From the NCBI RefSeq assembly GCF_001194135.2, contig NC_068995.1, positions 23,351,821 to 23,415,820 on the forward strand: 64,000 nucleotides of DNA, written 5' to 3'. Each line of letters opens with the position of its first letter. The first letter of the stretch is position 1. Both the position numbers and the translations under genes were made by a program. The DNA is from Octopus bimaculoides (taxonomy: Eukaryota). This document shows, piece by piece, positions 1 to 14,191 of this stretch. Under the pieces are notes generated by a model, which saw only the letters and a program-made list of their open reading frames with translations, searched no databases and was not told the origin of the DNA.

Positions 1-146
1 GAGAACTGCAACATGTGCGGCATTCCAATTGTTCTAAAGGTTGTAACTTTGAATTCCGTATTTCTTTCATCTTCTGCAATAGCGTGAGCCGAAAAGTATT
101 CTACTAGCTTGTCCAGTTTCTCACTCCCCAAACCGGCAGAAGACAT
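1..146 (-). CDS. Candidate first coding exon of an unidentified host gene, running off the window edge
   Basis: Manual translation from the ATG at 146 gives 48 stop-free codons to the edge: MSSAGLGSEKLDKLVEYFSAHAIAEDERNTEFKVTTFRTIGMPHMLQF. Composition is non-repetitive and protein-like. A splice acceptor (attgatttcag|) lies 42 nt upstream, so the exon would start at 188. Too short for the ORF track; the product is not recognised. Confidence 0.35.
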   Translation of the reverse strand, partial: MSSAGLGSEKLDKLVEYFSAHAIAEDERNTEFKVTTFRTIGMPHMLQF

Positions 147-939
147 AATCAATGAAATTATTCTTTTAATTAATACAGAGATCGTGAGCTGAAATCAATG
201 TTATCGTTTGCCTTTTAATTATTTTAGGATAGAATTTCGGGAAACCCTGAAAACAAAACGAAGATAAAGTGATGCACGTAACAGCAAAAGGAAATTTGCG
301 CGATTCCCTACCAATTTTATCATTCATATCTGTACATAAGTAAATATGAAGCTTTGATAAATAGCAAGTTTATGGATACATATTTCATTAAATTGAATAT
401 TTTTCCTCTTAAAACTCTTAAAACCTGACAGTTGCATTTTAATCATATTATTAAAAACACCGTTAGAATCTCAGTTGTGAATTGAAATGACAATTATTTG
501 CATACGTTTTAATATTATCGGGTATGAAATATCAAAATGTCTTTTAAACATCTGGAGTGACAGTATATTCACGTTTATTCGTTTATATTTTTAAAAATAC
601 AAACAAATCATGAAAGGTATATCAACTCCAAACAGTGCTGCTGGATTTCCATTTAGATAATGAGAAATAATCTATATGACTGAATTTGTAAATGTGTTTG
701 TCACAAATCATGATAAAAAAAAGACGGAAACTTGATTAGAGGCATACTCCCTGGATCTGTTATGTATCAAATCATGCAGCATTAGTGAGAGAGAGTGAGA
801 CAGATCGCGACGAAAAGAGTCGTATACATGTACATGCATACCGTATGATAATAAATAACCATGTATGTATATACGAAGAGGGAAAGAGAGGATAGAGGCA
901 GGAACAGACAAACAGGCAGGTATACAGATGCATATGCAT

Positions 940-1019
940 ATATATGTGTGTATGTGTCTGTATGTATATGTGTGTGCGTGCGTTTGTGTGTGTTTGTGTG
1001 TGTGCGTGTGCGTGTGTGC

Positions 1020-1052
<33 letters not shown>
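940..1052. repeat. (GT)n microsatellite adjoining an N gap
   Basis: Direct reading; explains the VC/TH-rich ORFs at 782-1255. Confidence 0.95.
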
Positions 1053-2696
1053 NNNNNNNNNNNNNNNNNNNNNNNNNNNNNNNNNNNNNNNNNNNNNNNN
1101 NNNNNNNTGTGTATCATTTAGGTATGATAGATTTGTTACAGGAATATTACACTTGGCAATATCTGAAATTTATATTTTTTCTGGCAATCAAATATTCTGG
1201 TTGTGTTGATCGAATGAAACGTTTTCTAAAACACAAGTACACCTTCGTGATATAAGCCCATTTTGATAAATGAGATTTGTAAACTTTTTTTTCAACAGAA
1301 ATATTCACATACTCGCTCATAGGCCCTAACATATACATCCCCACATAAACCTGTAAACACACAAAATCCACACATAGAAACACACATATGGTAGCGTGGT
1401 TTCCTAATACCATTGAATAGATACCATCACGGCAATTTCTCTCAAAGGTTCTCCGTAGTAAATTTTTATCAGTGGATAGTACATGTAGATTATGTCTATA
1501 TATCTGGCTTGTAGATACAGGCATATAATTTCATATGTCTGTTTGTGGGAGAGGGTGTGAGTATGTGTCTGTATAGCGATTAACTGTGTGGGAAACAAAT
1601 GAATCAGACCCCATTGTTTTTGGAATAGAGGAATACATTGACTGTATTATACATATATTGACGCTTAAGATAGAGCTCTCCCAGTTTTCCAGTTAGGATT
1701 GAGTATGAAGTATGATTGGCGATCGGTAAACTACTCTAGTGACAACGTTTGACAGCTACCGTGTGAGACCGTTACATGAAAATCACGGTGTTACCCAAAA
1801 CATGTCACTGTACAATTTAACTCTGCTTAACTGTAAGAATCTGTTTTTATAATAACAGCTCATAACACGGCAACAACATCATCATCTGCTTTACCGCCAT
1901 TACTCTGGACACATCGCACCCAACGCCTAAAATCTTCATGATGATAACAGAACAATTTTCCGATTAATCACAGGTACTGGAAGCTTTCCGACAGATACAA
2001 GATATAGCTGTCTTTTAGTATCAATACATGTTCCAAACCATATTTTCACATGAATATATATCAATTAGAGAAACTTAGAAAATCCAACTGTTCACTTAGA
2101 AATAGACAAGTGCGGCCTCCGAATAGTACCTGTAATACAGAGTCTATATGATACGTTCCACAGATCATGTACCATGGATAGCAACATTTGCATAATGAGC
2201 ATCCAGAAAGTATTTTTAAAGCAAAATTCAACAAGCAAGCATACTCCAAATGCAACATCACAATGTAACATTTGAGATTTCTAACAATGGTCTTTTATAC
2301 ATTGTATCAACTGAAAAGAAGCAAAAGAAGTAGATGTGGGTTCTGTGATGCAGCAAAGTGCCTTATTAAGTAGAGCTCACTGGAAGTTATTGCATTTTCT
2401 GTTAATGCTAAACGCGAAATATTTAAAGCCTGTCCACATACTACCAACCAAGTATCCACTCAAATACTGGTATCCAACTCCACAGACAAAATGTCAGCAA
2501 AGAGTTTGTGAACCTTTATACAACTACCATTTTTTATTAATTCGTATCAAATATCAATATGTAATATTTCTGTTCATTTTGTTATTCTTAATTTTTTTCT
2601 TGTAGACTTATATTCATATGCATGCAGATGTGTATATTGCTTGCAGTTATATGAGTGTATACACACACACACACACACACACATACACACACACAT

Positions 2697-2743
<47 letters not shown>

Positions 2744-3059
2744 NNNNNNNNNNNNNNNNNNNNNNNNNNNNNNNNNNNNNNNNNNNNNNNNNNNNNNNNN
2801 NNNNNNNNNNNNNNNNNNNNNNNNNNNNNNNNNNNNNNNNNNNNNNNNNNNNNNNNNNNNNNNNNNNNNNNNNNNNNNNNNNNNNNNNNNNNNNNNNNNN
2901 NNNNNNNNNNNNNNNNNNNNNNNNNNNNNNNNNNNNNNNNNNNNNNNNNNNNNNNNNNNNNNNNNNNNNNNNNNNNNNNNNNNNNNNNNNNNNNNNNNNN
3001 NNNNNNNNNNNNNNNNNNNNNNNNNNNNNNNNNNNNNNNNNNNNNNNNNNNNNNNNNNN

Positions 3060-3290
3060 ATAGGAAAACGGAAAGCCACTTGGAATATCCCTTTATCTTC
3101 GAAACGTCTAGATAGAATAGAGACAGCTGATGAAGGGATATTCCAAGTGGCTTTCCGTTTTCCTATATGTTCGTTCCGTTGTCTGTAGTTTATTGTTCTA
3201 ACGTCCTGTACCCTGATATGCATGTATATACACATGTAGATGTAAGTATGTACATATATGTGTGTATACATGTATATATATTCTTTGTAT
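3060..3290 (+). mobile_element. Foldback element with perfect 34-bp inverted arms; repeat family also present at ~59970-60260
   Basis: 3060-3093 (ataggaaaacggaaagccacttggaatatccctt) is the exact reverse complement of 3133-3166. The downstream tail (aacgtcctgtaccctgatatgcatgtatatacacatgtagatgtaagtatg) matches the minus strand at ~60090-60150. Confidence 0.75.
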
Positions 3291-3315
3291 TATTATATAT
3301 ATATATATATATATT

Positions 3316-3346
<31 letters not shown>

Positions 3347-4397
3347 CAGAGAGAGACAGACAGAGACAGATAGATAGATGTGTATACATATATATATATG
3401 GATTGGCCTGTGTTGATTCCATGTATATGGTAGGTAATATGCAGAACAGAGTTTATTCTCCATAATTTTTTTTATTATATAAGTTGATGTAAATTTTGTT
3501 TAGGTCTTAACAGATTGTACCGAGTAACTCTTATGCGACAAAAAGTTATGTTGCCTAGGTTTTCAGCTTGTGGCATAATTTTAGACAATTTGTTTCTTTG
3601 CTGTACGTAGTCTATTCAGAACGGTTTTAATAGTTATCTGCATAAAATTGTTAGCGTGAAAGATAATTCATCAGATTACCGGGTTTTAGTTACATAAGAG
3701 GTAACGTTTAGTATTTTGTGCAAATTTATCTGTAACATAAACCCAAAAAAAACTCTATTCACTATTCTCGGAGAGAGAGTGGGGAGTGGAGGGAGAGAGA
3801 ACTTAATGATTTTTCTTCTGTTCAATAGTGATACCACCACATATATATTTGTAATTTCACTTCACTTTATTTGTTATGTGATAGAATTTGAATGCTTAGG
3901 TTTGCAATGTTAAAGATTAAGTCTTTATATAATTTCCGATACCGTTCATAACATTGCAATAGTGTTCTGCCAAACATTTTATATTAGATGCTTATATTTT
4001 TTTATAAGTGATATGGTGATTGAACCATTTGGTTTAGACACAAACAAAGAGATCTCAGTGAATTTATCAAATTAACCTAATATTCAAACCTGTACCAAAA
4101 ATGATATATTATGAAAACCTCAATATGATGTTTTAAAAGATGGTAATATAATTTGTTTACTTATTAAAGTTGTGTTCAAAGAATGCTCAGATCGTAAGTG
4201 TAATTGTAGTATAAAGAAATACGAATATATATCAAATGATGTACGGTTCGGATACAAGAAATTTTTCCTTTGTATTTCACGATAAAAGTATTAAAGGTTG
4301 AGATTTATTTGTAAGGCTAAATTGGAAGGGATATTGCATAAGTACAAATTTTCGGAAAATTTAGTTATTGATTCCTAATTATCGGTTTATAAGAAAG

Positions 4398-4480
4398 CTT
4401 CGATCTGGCAGAACTGTTAGCGCATCAGATGAAAACGTGTGACAGCGTCTTCTACCGAATTTACGCTCGGAGTTCAAGTA
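4398..4480 (+). mobile_element. SINE family A, truncated 5' head
   Basis: ctggcagaactgttagcgc...ggagttcaa matches the reverse complement of the heads at 19.8, 49.0 and 58.4 kb; contains Pol III A/B-box-like words. Confidence 0.55.
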
Positions 4481-5675
4481 TCAAGGATATTTCAAATATC
4501 ACGGGTATGTGGATAAAACAGAATAACTGAAGACCCAAGTGTATTGTATATTTAAGTTTTTTTTTCTGCTATATTCTGGTTAGAATGTTTTTGATGCTTA
4601 AACATATCGGTCTCTAGACAAGAATATGTCTAGCGAATAACATATTATGAAAAATTATTTCCAGATTAAATATTTTTAGAAACAAAGCTTCTATTACTCA
4701 TACATTTCGTTTAGTCGTGATTTGGAATCGTCTGACATGATGGCTGTATACGAATCGTATTTGAGCTGGAGTTCAAGATATCGGCATATATTTTAACTGA
4801 TATTAAGCAAAAGTGAATATTCCACATATCATCTACTTCTTAAAGAGTCCCGTGATGTAAAGTGATAATAATCACATAATCAATGTCTTGTGTAGACAGA
4901 CTTTACGACCTTCTCATCCCACACTTGTGATTATGAAATTAAATCCCACATAAAAAAATATTTTGATAGAATCTGCGTGTTTATCTTCGTATCAGGATAT
5001 GTCTATATGTTTGTCTTGTGTGTGCAACATTCAATATAATCACTAATGTTCCTCTGCATTCCCGAACATTCTCCTTACGCATCGGTGGAATTAAGCAGTG
5101 AACGGAAAAATTTCCGCTCCAGACGATGAATCAGTGAGTTAAGCATATGGTTGCGTATATTAGATTGTCCGAATTGCAGCTGCAGTTCTGTCCATGACAG
5201 GAAATCGACAGGCCAATGGTAGTTTTATATGGTAGAATAATTGGTGCGACTACTCACCTCATCTGATTCGTGTTGATGAGTGCACCAAACCATCAGCCAT
5301 CAAATTAAAATGTTGAGGATTTTACCATTAATGAAATATACATAACCAGTGCACACATAAACACATCTCACGTCCACACGCTTACACGCAGCCAAAGATA
5401 CCAGCACGTATCACGTTTACACACTATCACATGCACATACGCACAAACACACACATACACGCAAACACACACAAAGAGAAACGCACACACACGCACATAT
5501 ATATATATATANNNNNNNNNNNNNNNNNNNNNNNNNNNNNNNNNNNNNNNNNNNNNNNNATATATAGGTATATAGGTGTTTCTATACAGCTGCTTAAATA
5601 TATATGCACGCGCGTTTCTTTGTATATACATGCTTATATATATATAACATATATATATATATATAAAGAAATATG

Positions 5676-5726
<51 letters not shown>
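5676..5726. repeat. (GATA)n microsatellite
   Basis: Direct reading. Confidence 0.95.
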
Positions 5727-6723
5727 GCATACATGCATACATACATACATACATACATTCCACAAGCGATGAAATGTAGTATTCGGTTAGTCACCAATTT
5801 GTTTTAATCCTGCGTAAATACCATTTCTTCTCTACTATTTTAAAAATATACATTTTTTTCATTACACGTATTCCTACATCTATTTCTTGGTATATTTCGT
5901 TTTGTACAACAAAGAAAAAGAACTATATTTTAGAGTAATTTAGTGATAATATAATGTATGGAATCGGTATCAAAATCCAAATGAACTCTCTTTTTCTTTT
6001 TATTTTCTTTTTTTTTTGTTCATTGTTTGCTAAACTCAGTAATTGAAGTACGCGATTCGTGAGCAGTATTATCATTTCCCAGTGGGTGAGTATTTAATCA
6101 ATCAATTTTAACTTACCGAACTATCGAATTACGAGAGATGAATGTACACATTACCACAGATCCTTCAACAATGTATACTTTATCTTTTATCTTTTACTTG
6201 TTTCACTGGATTCCACTCTTTCAATCACTAGTTTCTCGCTATCGCTGTTGGTGGCTGCTTTCAAATATTGGTTTATTAACCTGATATATGTGTGTGAATG
6301 CCGTCATTTCATTTGCCAATATGCTTTTTATTGTTGGCTTTTTGGTTTGTTTCTTCTTTTTTTGTTTTGTTTTTTTTTTTGTATATTTTAATTTCATACC
6401 TAAAGTCGCAATGTGTATATATGGAGCAATTTCACTTTAATCTTTCTGTCACTTTTTCTAAATAATAGATATATGGAAATACAAAGTTTCTACATATTGT
6501 TTCGATTTATACTGGAACGATGAATTGTGAATATTGTATGGCAGTCATATATATGTTCTAAATATTCCTAGGAATACCTGGTAGATATTTTTATTAACCA
6601 AGGATTTAAAATTTCATTTGTTCCTAAACTAAACATTTGCTCCTATACTAAGCAAGCTTACTAGAAGTTCCTCTAAACCTAGAAACTGATATCTGGAAAT
6701 TCTTTTGTAACTCTAAGGAGAAT

Positions 6724-6725
<2 letters not shown>

Positions 6726-6787
<62 letters not shown>

Positions 6788-6860
6788 TATGCGTGTGTTG
6801 TGTGTGTGGTTGTGTGTGTGTGAGTATGTGTGAGTATGTGTGTGTTGCTGTTCGTGTTAA
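6726..6860. repeat. (GT)n microsatellite
   Basis: Direct reading. Confidence 0.95.
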
Positions 6861-8074
6861 ATACGTGTGCATATGACATCAAACTTGTTACCTCACATTT
6901 TATTTCATATTCATATAACACACATTAGTACGACATTTTCTAGCCACTTCACTTCTAAATAAATCTCCAATGAGGAGATATTTAACTTCCAGATCTTTCG
7001 AAATATATAGTTGTGTTCCAAATACGAAAACGTATAACCTTAAGTAGACCAACCAATAAATACTTCTTGTTGTACACGTGCAAACATCTTAAACTTGCCC
7101 TCTACATCTGCATGCGAAGACAAAGTCACCTTAAATCACCCTCCAGACACCTATCCGACCACAAAGAATTAGATTGGTAACAGCGAAGATGATTTCAAGA
7201 AAGTATTTTATAATCACGTGATAGGAAGAGATCGTTGTAATCGTATTGTGAAAGGAGAATAATCGTGCTGTGAAGTATGACTGTAGACAAAGTTTGGGCT
7301 CATCAGTGGGTACTATACGCCGATCGTACATACAGGGAGACTGGACGTGAGGCATCAAACTGCGAGTTAACCTAGTGTGTGAAAAGCGAAACACGTAACA
7401 GAATTAATACAATACGGAAAACAGCGATTAAATTCAATGCTTTATATAACATATGCGTGTTACATGAATTTACCATCAGGATAACATAACTGCTATTGAC
7501 ACAATATATAATACTTTTATTTACCTTTTCAATGTTCAGCAAGCAATACAATAACAGTAGGTATGACCAAGAAAATTACACTAATGATAACAACGATGTC
7601 CTCATACAGGGATGAGGATTTCATTCAGTGTGTATCAGTGTGAGAGTGCCAAACTATGCTGAGAATTAACATCACTTTTCATAATTGTTGGATGATAAAA
7701 AAGAGCATAATTTACTCTTTCAATCCACGTAAGTGTATCCAGCAACATATCTACAAACTTAGTATTTATAATTCTGCAAAATTTTTTAAGTGCACCAAAA
7801 TATGAATGTCAAGTGCTAAACGATCCATTACCTAATTCAGTCTAGCCAAAAAGAGTTTGAATTATTCGTCACTCTATTAAATTGGCCCACATCAATTTCC
7901 TGTGAAGATGCTGCTAGTCAGTAATAGTAACGGGAAAGTTAGGATATTTCTTCATATTACAGTGGATATGTGAACAAAGCAATAGTGAAAAAAACTGTGT
8001 ACGCGTCTCCTGTTTGCAGTTAATAAATGCAGGGCTGAATGAAATAAATAGATCTATTCTATAACAGATAACAC

Positions 8075-8111
<37 letters not shown>

Positions 8112-8116
8112 TCACA

Positions 8117-8148
<32 letters not shown>

Positions 8149-9133
8149 TTCATATACATANNNNNNNNNNTATATATTTATATATATTTTCACACGTATA
8201 CATACACATATCTATCTATCTCTCTCTATATATATATATGTATATATATATACATATATACATACATATATATTTACACCTACGTATACATACACGTATA
8301 TATGTATTTATATATAAATATATATATGTATATATATGCATATAGACATACATATGCATACATATATGTATATATGTATGTATGTATGCATGTATGAATG
8401 TATGTGTTATGCATGTATGTACACACATGTAAATATATTGATAAACACACTTATGTTGTGTGTAGCCAACGACTGACAGGTGATGTGGCTCTATTTGGAT
8501 CCATTCCCAGAGTAATGTACACTTCGCTCAGTTAGCAATTAATGACTTTATAATCCCCCAAATTATACGACTCAATTTACATAACATCAGTGCTTACGCT
8601 AGAAGCTAATTTAATTAAATATTAAATTATGCACTATCAGTTGAGTTATTAGAAAAACTCATCTCTTTATAGAAACTAAATTAAATTAGCTAACAGCGTA
8701 GGTGCTAATATTATGCAAATTGGAATTTCCTGTTTGCTGGTACTACCATATATCTAGCATGTTTGTTGGGATTGTAAAGCAATCACCTGTGGGTCTATAC
8801 GTTTTCTGAGCTTTGAAGCAGAGAAGAAATTTGAGTTTGATTATTTTCAGTTTTTCTGTTCACAGAGGTAAGGGAAAGGAACGTGTTAATGTTTGTTAGT
8901 GCATATATTTACACATATCTGTTTTTTCCGTAAAATGTTGTACTTTTTCAATACAGATATGCGTAGGAATTGTAATTCTGTTCTTAGTACATAATTTATT
9001 ATTTAACTACTATTTAACAAATTAGGTACCAGTGTAAATACTGATATTTTGCAAATCAGAGTTTTTCATATCCTTGTAATAAAATATTAGGAATCCTATA
9101 AAACAAATACAGGCATCTTTTTCTGCAGATAAA

Positions 9134-9283
9134 ATGGCGCGCTCTCCTAGTGGACCGTATCTATTGACGATGAATTATGACGAAGTTAACTCACTAACTT
9201 TATGCCCACAGATAAATGCTGGGGGAAAGCATGAACATATACTTTTAGCAGATATATTTTCCCATTTGGGCGACTTTGGTTAA
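9134..9283 (+). CDS. Weak candidate 49-aa small ORF behind a canonical-looking intron (8868-9128)
   Basis: Donor cacagag|gtaagg at 8867/8868, acceptor tttttctgcag| at 9128, then ataaaATGGCG. ORF reads MARSPSGPYLLTMNYDEVNSLTLCPQINAGGKHEHILLADIFSHLGDFG*. No homology recognised. Confidence 0.2.
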   Translation: MARSPSGPYLLTMNYDEVNSLTLCPQINAGGKHEHILLADIFSHLGDFG

Positions 9284-9374
9284 ATATTACATAATTGCAT
9301 TACCTGCGTGTATTTGAAGTCTAATGCATAGCCTACGTGCTCAATTTGGTATTCATATATTTGTGTGTATATAA

Positions 9375-9419
<45 letters not shown>

Positions 9420-10523
9420 TGTGTATGTGAATATCTATGTACGCGTGTATGTATATGTCTATGTGTGAACTGTATATGAGCGCGTGTGTGTATATATGTG
9501 TCTATTTATTCACAGACACATACACACACACATGCTAAGTGCCCAACATGAAACGGAATCTGCCCAAATTTTGGCAGCCAACGAGAGAAATGGGAAAGAG
9601 TTGATTAAGATAATGTTCACCGAGACAAGAAACTGAATGAGAAAAAAAAAAGGAAAGAGTTGGAAAAAAGTGAAAATTTTAACAATTGTGGCGAAAATTG
9701 GCACATAAAGCTACTTTGTATCTGTGAAAATCAGAATGGCTGTTTCGACCGAAAGTTATATACTGATTCCAATGAAATGAGAGCGAATGCGAAATGTTAG
9801 GCGTGTATTTGTATTTGTGTACGCCTATGTCTATGTGAAAGCGCTGCTTGTCTGTGTGTATTTATCTGTGTGCGTGAATGTGTGACTATGTTTTTGATTA
9901 CTCACCTGAAGTGTAGGATATTGCGTCTCTTACATGCATATGGGTCGTTCCATGAGAAATCAACGCAGGTACCGGAAGTGAAACAAACCGATTTCTTTCA
10001 AACTTTTGCATGTTCAACTGTCTTCATATGAGACCCTTAAATATGAAACATTTTTTACTTGACTCTAATATTTACTGAGTTATAACCATTTGACTGTTTT
10101 CACGACGTGACATTTTTGGGGTTACTCAACAACTTTGAGAAGCAATATCTCAGCTACTATTTGAGCTAGAAAGCTCTTTATTTTTTCAATTTAAAAAATT
10201 TAAATAGATCTACAATGTTGTTTGCTTTGTGTGTTTATTCTTTTAGATGAAAATTTTTAAAATGACCTAAAATTGGACCTTTCATAAGTTAAAAGACGCG
10301 GTCATTGATCGATTCTTTGGAGGTTTTGTCTAACTTTTGCCCTAGTTAGTCACAGCTCACATACAAAAATGTATACTGGGATATCAGTGAGAACTGTAGT
10401 TACAAGGTCTTCTATTAATAATGGTTCATGATATAGAGCCTAATAAAATTACTTAAGTCTTAATTTTTTTTCAGATTAGATATATATGACCATTTTAGTT
10501 CCTTTCTGATTACAGATGGATGT

Positions 10524-11028
10524 AAAGTTCGACTCGTCTCTCAATTCCTTTTGTATCCTATCCTCTAGGCACAGCATTGTGTTCTACATTTCTACATAGA
10601 ACGAAGGCATTATGGGATCCCTTAGATGATAGGAATGCCAACAATTTCTTTGATGATTCTAAGTGCTGGCAGTGGCATTGCCACTATTGACCATAGCAGA
10701 GCTGTAAAGTAGTTACAATTAAAGTAGACATTATTATTGAAATAATGAAAATGCTTATTTTGATTATCAGCACTGTTTTCTCCTTACCCATATATATGTA
10801 AGTGTGCTTTTTACTTGCTGTGTTCGGAAAGAGAGCTTTAAAAACTTCTCCTAGGAGAAATATTTGTACATTGCTATATCATTTTGAAAATGTATAAATC
10901 AACCCCTACAAGAGAACCTGCTTAGGAAAGGGATTCCAGAGAACCTTTATTCTACGTAGGAAGAGCGGATCACAATGCTGTGCCTGGCGTATAGTGTACA
11001 ACAGGAATTGAGAGACGAGTCGAATTTT
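10524..11028. repeat. Pair of ~100-bp diverged inverted repeats (10524-10623 and 10928-11028)
   Basis: ttcgactcgtctctcaattcc...aggcacagcattgtg...atccctt occurs on + at 10.5 kb and on - at 11.0 kb, with a ~300-bp spacer. Confidence 0.85.
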
Positions 11029-11056
11029 AGAGCTTGAGTGGTGATGGCATATTTCA

Positions 11057-11094
<38 letters not shown>

Positions 11095-11194
11095 NNNNNN
11101 NNNNNNNNNNNNNNNNNNNNNNNNNNNNNNNNNNNNNNNNNNNNNNNNNNNNNNNNNNNNNNNNNNNNNNNNNNNNNNNNNNNNNNNNNNNNNN

Positions 11195-11279
<85 letters not shown>

Positions 11280-12550
11280 CAAACACATATATGCATATAC
11301 ATTTAAAATTGCGTTTTAAAAGTTTAAAATCATTTAATTATTTTATTATTTCTGGTTCGGCTCATCAGCATCTATAAAATTTACCGAAGTTTTCCCGTAT
11401 ATCACTGCGTAAAGGACTTTCACACCCAAATCCTGAATACATTAAAAATTCAATTAAGCGTGTTGAACAACATCAAAAGTCTAATCTTATTTGCACGGCT
11501 TCGTTGAAACGAATCTACTTAGATAAAGGTTAGCAGCAATAGATATATATCAAAGCAATTCATTCATAAAACACTTTTTTAACGAACATTTCTCTTGCAA
11601 TCACATGCAAGACTTCTTTTTAGCCATCTTCAAAGTGCTGGGTTTTGGAAATTCCTTTGCATTATATATGACGTGCCTCTGTTTACTGGAAACCTATTTC
11701 TTCTTGTACATCCTTAGAGCAATAACAGCAAATATCTAATCATTATTTCTTCCAGTCGTATATATCAGCTCCTTCTTTAATCACTGAAGATGACCTTTCG
11801 TTCCAGCAATCAGACTGCTCTCAATTTATTTTAAACCTGTATATTATTGCTTACTCTCCATTTGTGACATTCATTCTTTCTTCCAAGTGAAGACTCTTTA
11901 ATATGATGTACGTATATTTCTGAGGAAGTTAACGTAAAATTTACTTCAATACAAAACATTCACTTGTACTGTTATATGATTTCGTTCTATAATTGTAATA
12001 AAAAAAAATTCTTAACACTTGAAATTAATAAACGCATGTAAAAACATTTTCATATAGACCACGTATTGCAAGTACTTTAGTCAGTGGTCTTCGCTTGCAT
12101 TGTTGGAAAATATAACTAATGGAACAAACTAGAAAATTTATATAGTAAACGGAATACCAAAGAGTCTACGTTTGATTTGTCTACAAGCCAACATGTATAA
12201 TGTGTAAGTAAACAATAAACATTTAAATGGAGTAGAAGCAATATCTTTTGAGAAGTATATATACAGTAAATTTGTATCCATTATTTAATCGCGACGATTA
12301 AAATTAGAGTTCTCCAAGAATGGATAATATTTTGATGTCATTTTTATTTCATATGATTTAAATACGCGTAGTCACGCTTAGGTTTAATTCAATATACTTG
12401 GTCGGCACAAAGCCAGCAATTTATACATATATATATGTATGTATGTATATGTACACGCACGTGTTTGCGTGTATAAACATTTATTTGCGTTACGAGGTGC
12501 AAATGCAGTGATCACAGCACACGCCTACACGTCTATGATGNNNNNNNNNN

Positions 12551-12595
<45 letters not shown>

Positions 12596-13392
12596 TATAT
12601 GTATGTATGTATGTATATGTACACGCACGTGTTTGCGTGTATAAACATTTATTTGCGTTACGAGGTGCAAATGCAGTGATCACAGCACACGCCTACACGT
12701 CTATGATGGCTGGGTAGAGAAAATTTATACTGAAGCCGAAGGGCTTGTAAGACGTTCGACCCCAGTAAAGGCACCCAAGGATCAGTTAGTATTATTAAAC
12801 TACGTGACAAACTATAATTATAAAGTATACAGCAACATTTAAATATTTGATTTGTGTGTATGTAAAATTATCCATTTAGAAACGCCACCTTGCTCTGAAC
12901 GCATAATGCAAAAATATCTATCAGTGAGTTCCATCCACCGAACTTTCCAATGCCCTTGTACAACTCAAACACGCAAATCTTTATCCTCCCTCAAGTGTCC
13001 ATGATATAATATTTACTTGTGTGGTTATCAAGGCGCAAAATATTATCTACTAAGTGAGATCGGAGTCCACATCATATTTTAATCTGGACGTAGTGGCGCC
13101 AAATACAGGTACAATGTACCCAGTTTCTTAGTTACTTTTGCAGGAACCTCAGGTCTTGAAGAAAATTTGATGTTACCCACATTTGTCCCATACATTGTAT
13201 TATAATGTATGCTCTGCCAAATTCACTATCCACATCGATTTCTATGTTTCCACATGCATTTAGCTACTCAGCAGTTAAGTATATATGTGATGGCAAGTGG
13301 ATGTATGCGCTTGTATGTGTGCACGTGCATGCATTATTTTCATTCACTGTAGGGTGGAATTTATATATGAACCTGCACACAGGCACACACGT

Positions 13393-13464
13393 ACACACAC
13401 ATGTGTTAGCACACACACATGTGTTAGCACACACACATGTGTTAGCACACACACATGTGTTAGC
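13393..13464 (+). repeat. Minisatellite, 4 x 18 bp (acacacacatgtgttagc)
   Basis: Four exact units; a fifth degenerate unit lies near 13493-13520. Confidence 0.9.
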
Positions 13465-13744
13465 CATAATGCTTACACACGCACACACACGCACACATAC
13501 ATGTGTTAGCTATAATGCTTATGTCGAATGTGACATTTGAGCACCGCCAACGATGTGCAAATAAGACTGTCGATGTTACAAGTTTGAGGATTACGGATCG
13601 GTACAGGCAGTATTTTTGCAGTCTCATTTCTGTTTTGCGTTGCACTCTTAAGCCTGTAAATGCTGGTTAAAACAAAGTTTCTCATATCATTTTGACATGA
13701 CGATCACGATTTTGTTCTTCTTCTTTATTCTTTGTTATTATCTC

Positions 13745-14191
<447 letters not shown>

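Noticed and set aside
1880-1945. Minus-strand MKILGVGCDVSRV resembling a bacterial AcpS N-terminus
   Set aside because: Only ~30 codons before a stop and no further similarity; chance.
7296-7306. CTGATGAGCCC on the minus strand; similar isolated CTGATGA words at ~11362 and ~56708
   Set aside because: No paired stem II followed by GAAA.
9940-10300. gggtcgttccatgagaaatc as a DNA-transposon TIR
   Set aside because: No matching inverted copy found in the window, so it cannot be supported.
12428-12708. Identical ~110-bp direct repeat on both sides of a 10-N gap
   Set aside because: Perfect identity across a minimal gap indicates an unmerged contig overlap (assembly artefact).
13393-13464. Regular short repeats as a CRISPR array
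   Set aside because: Units are directly adjacent with no unique spacers, and the context is eukaryotic.
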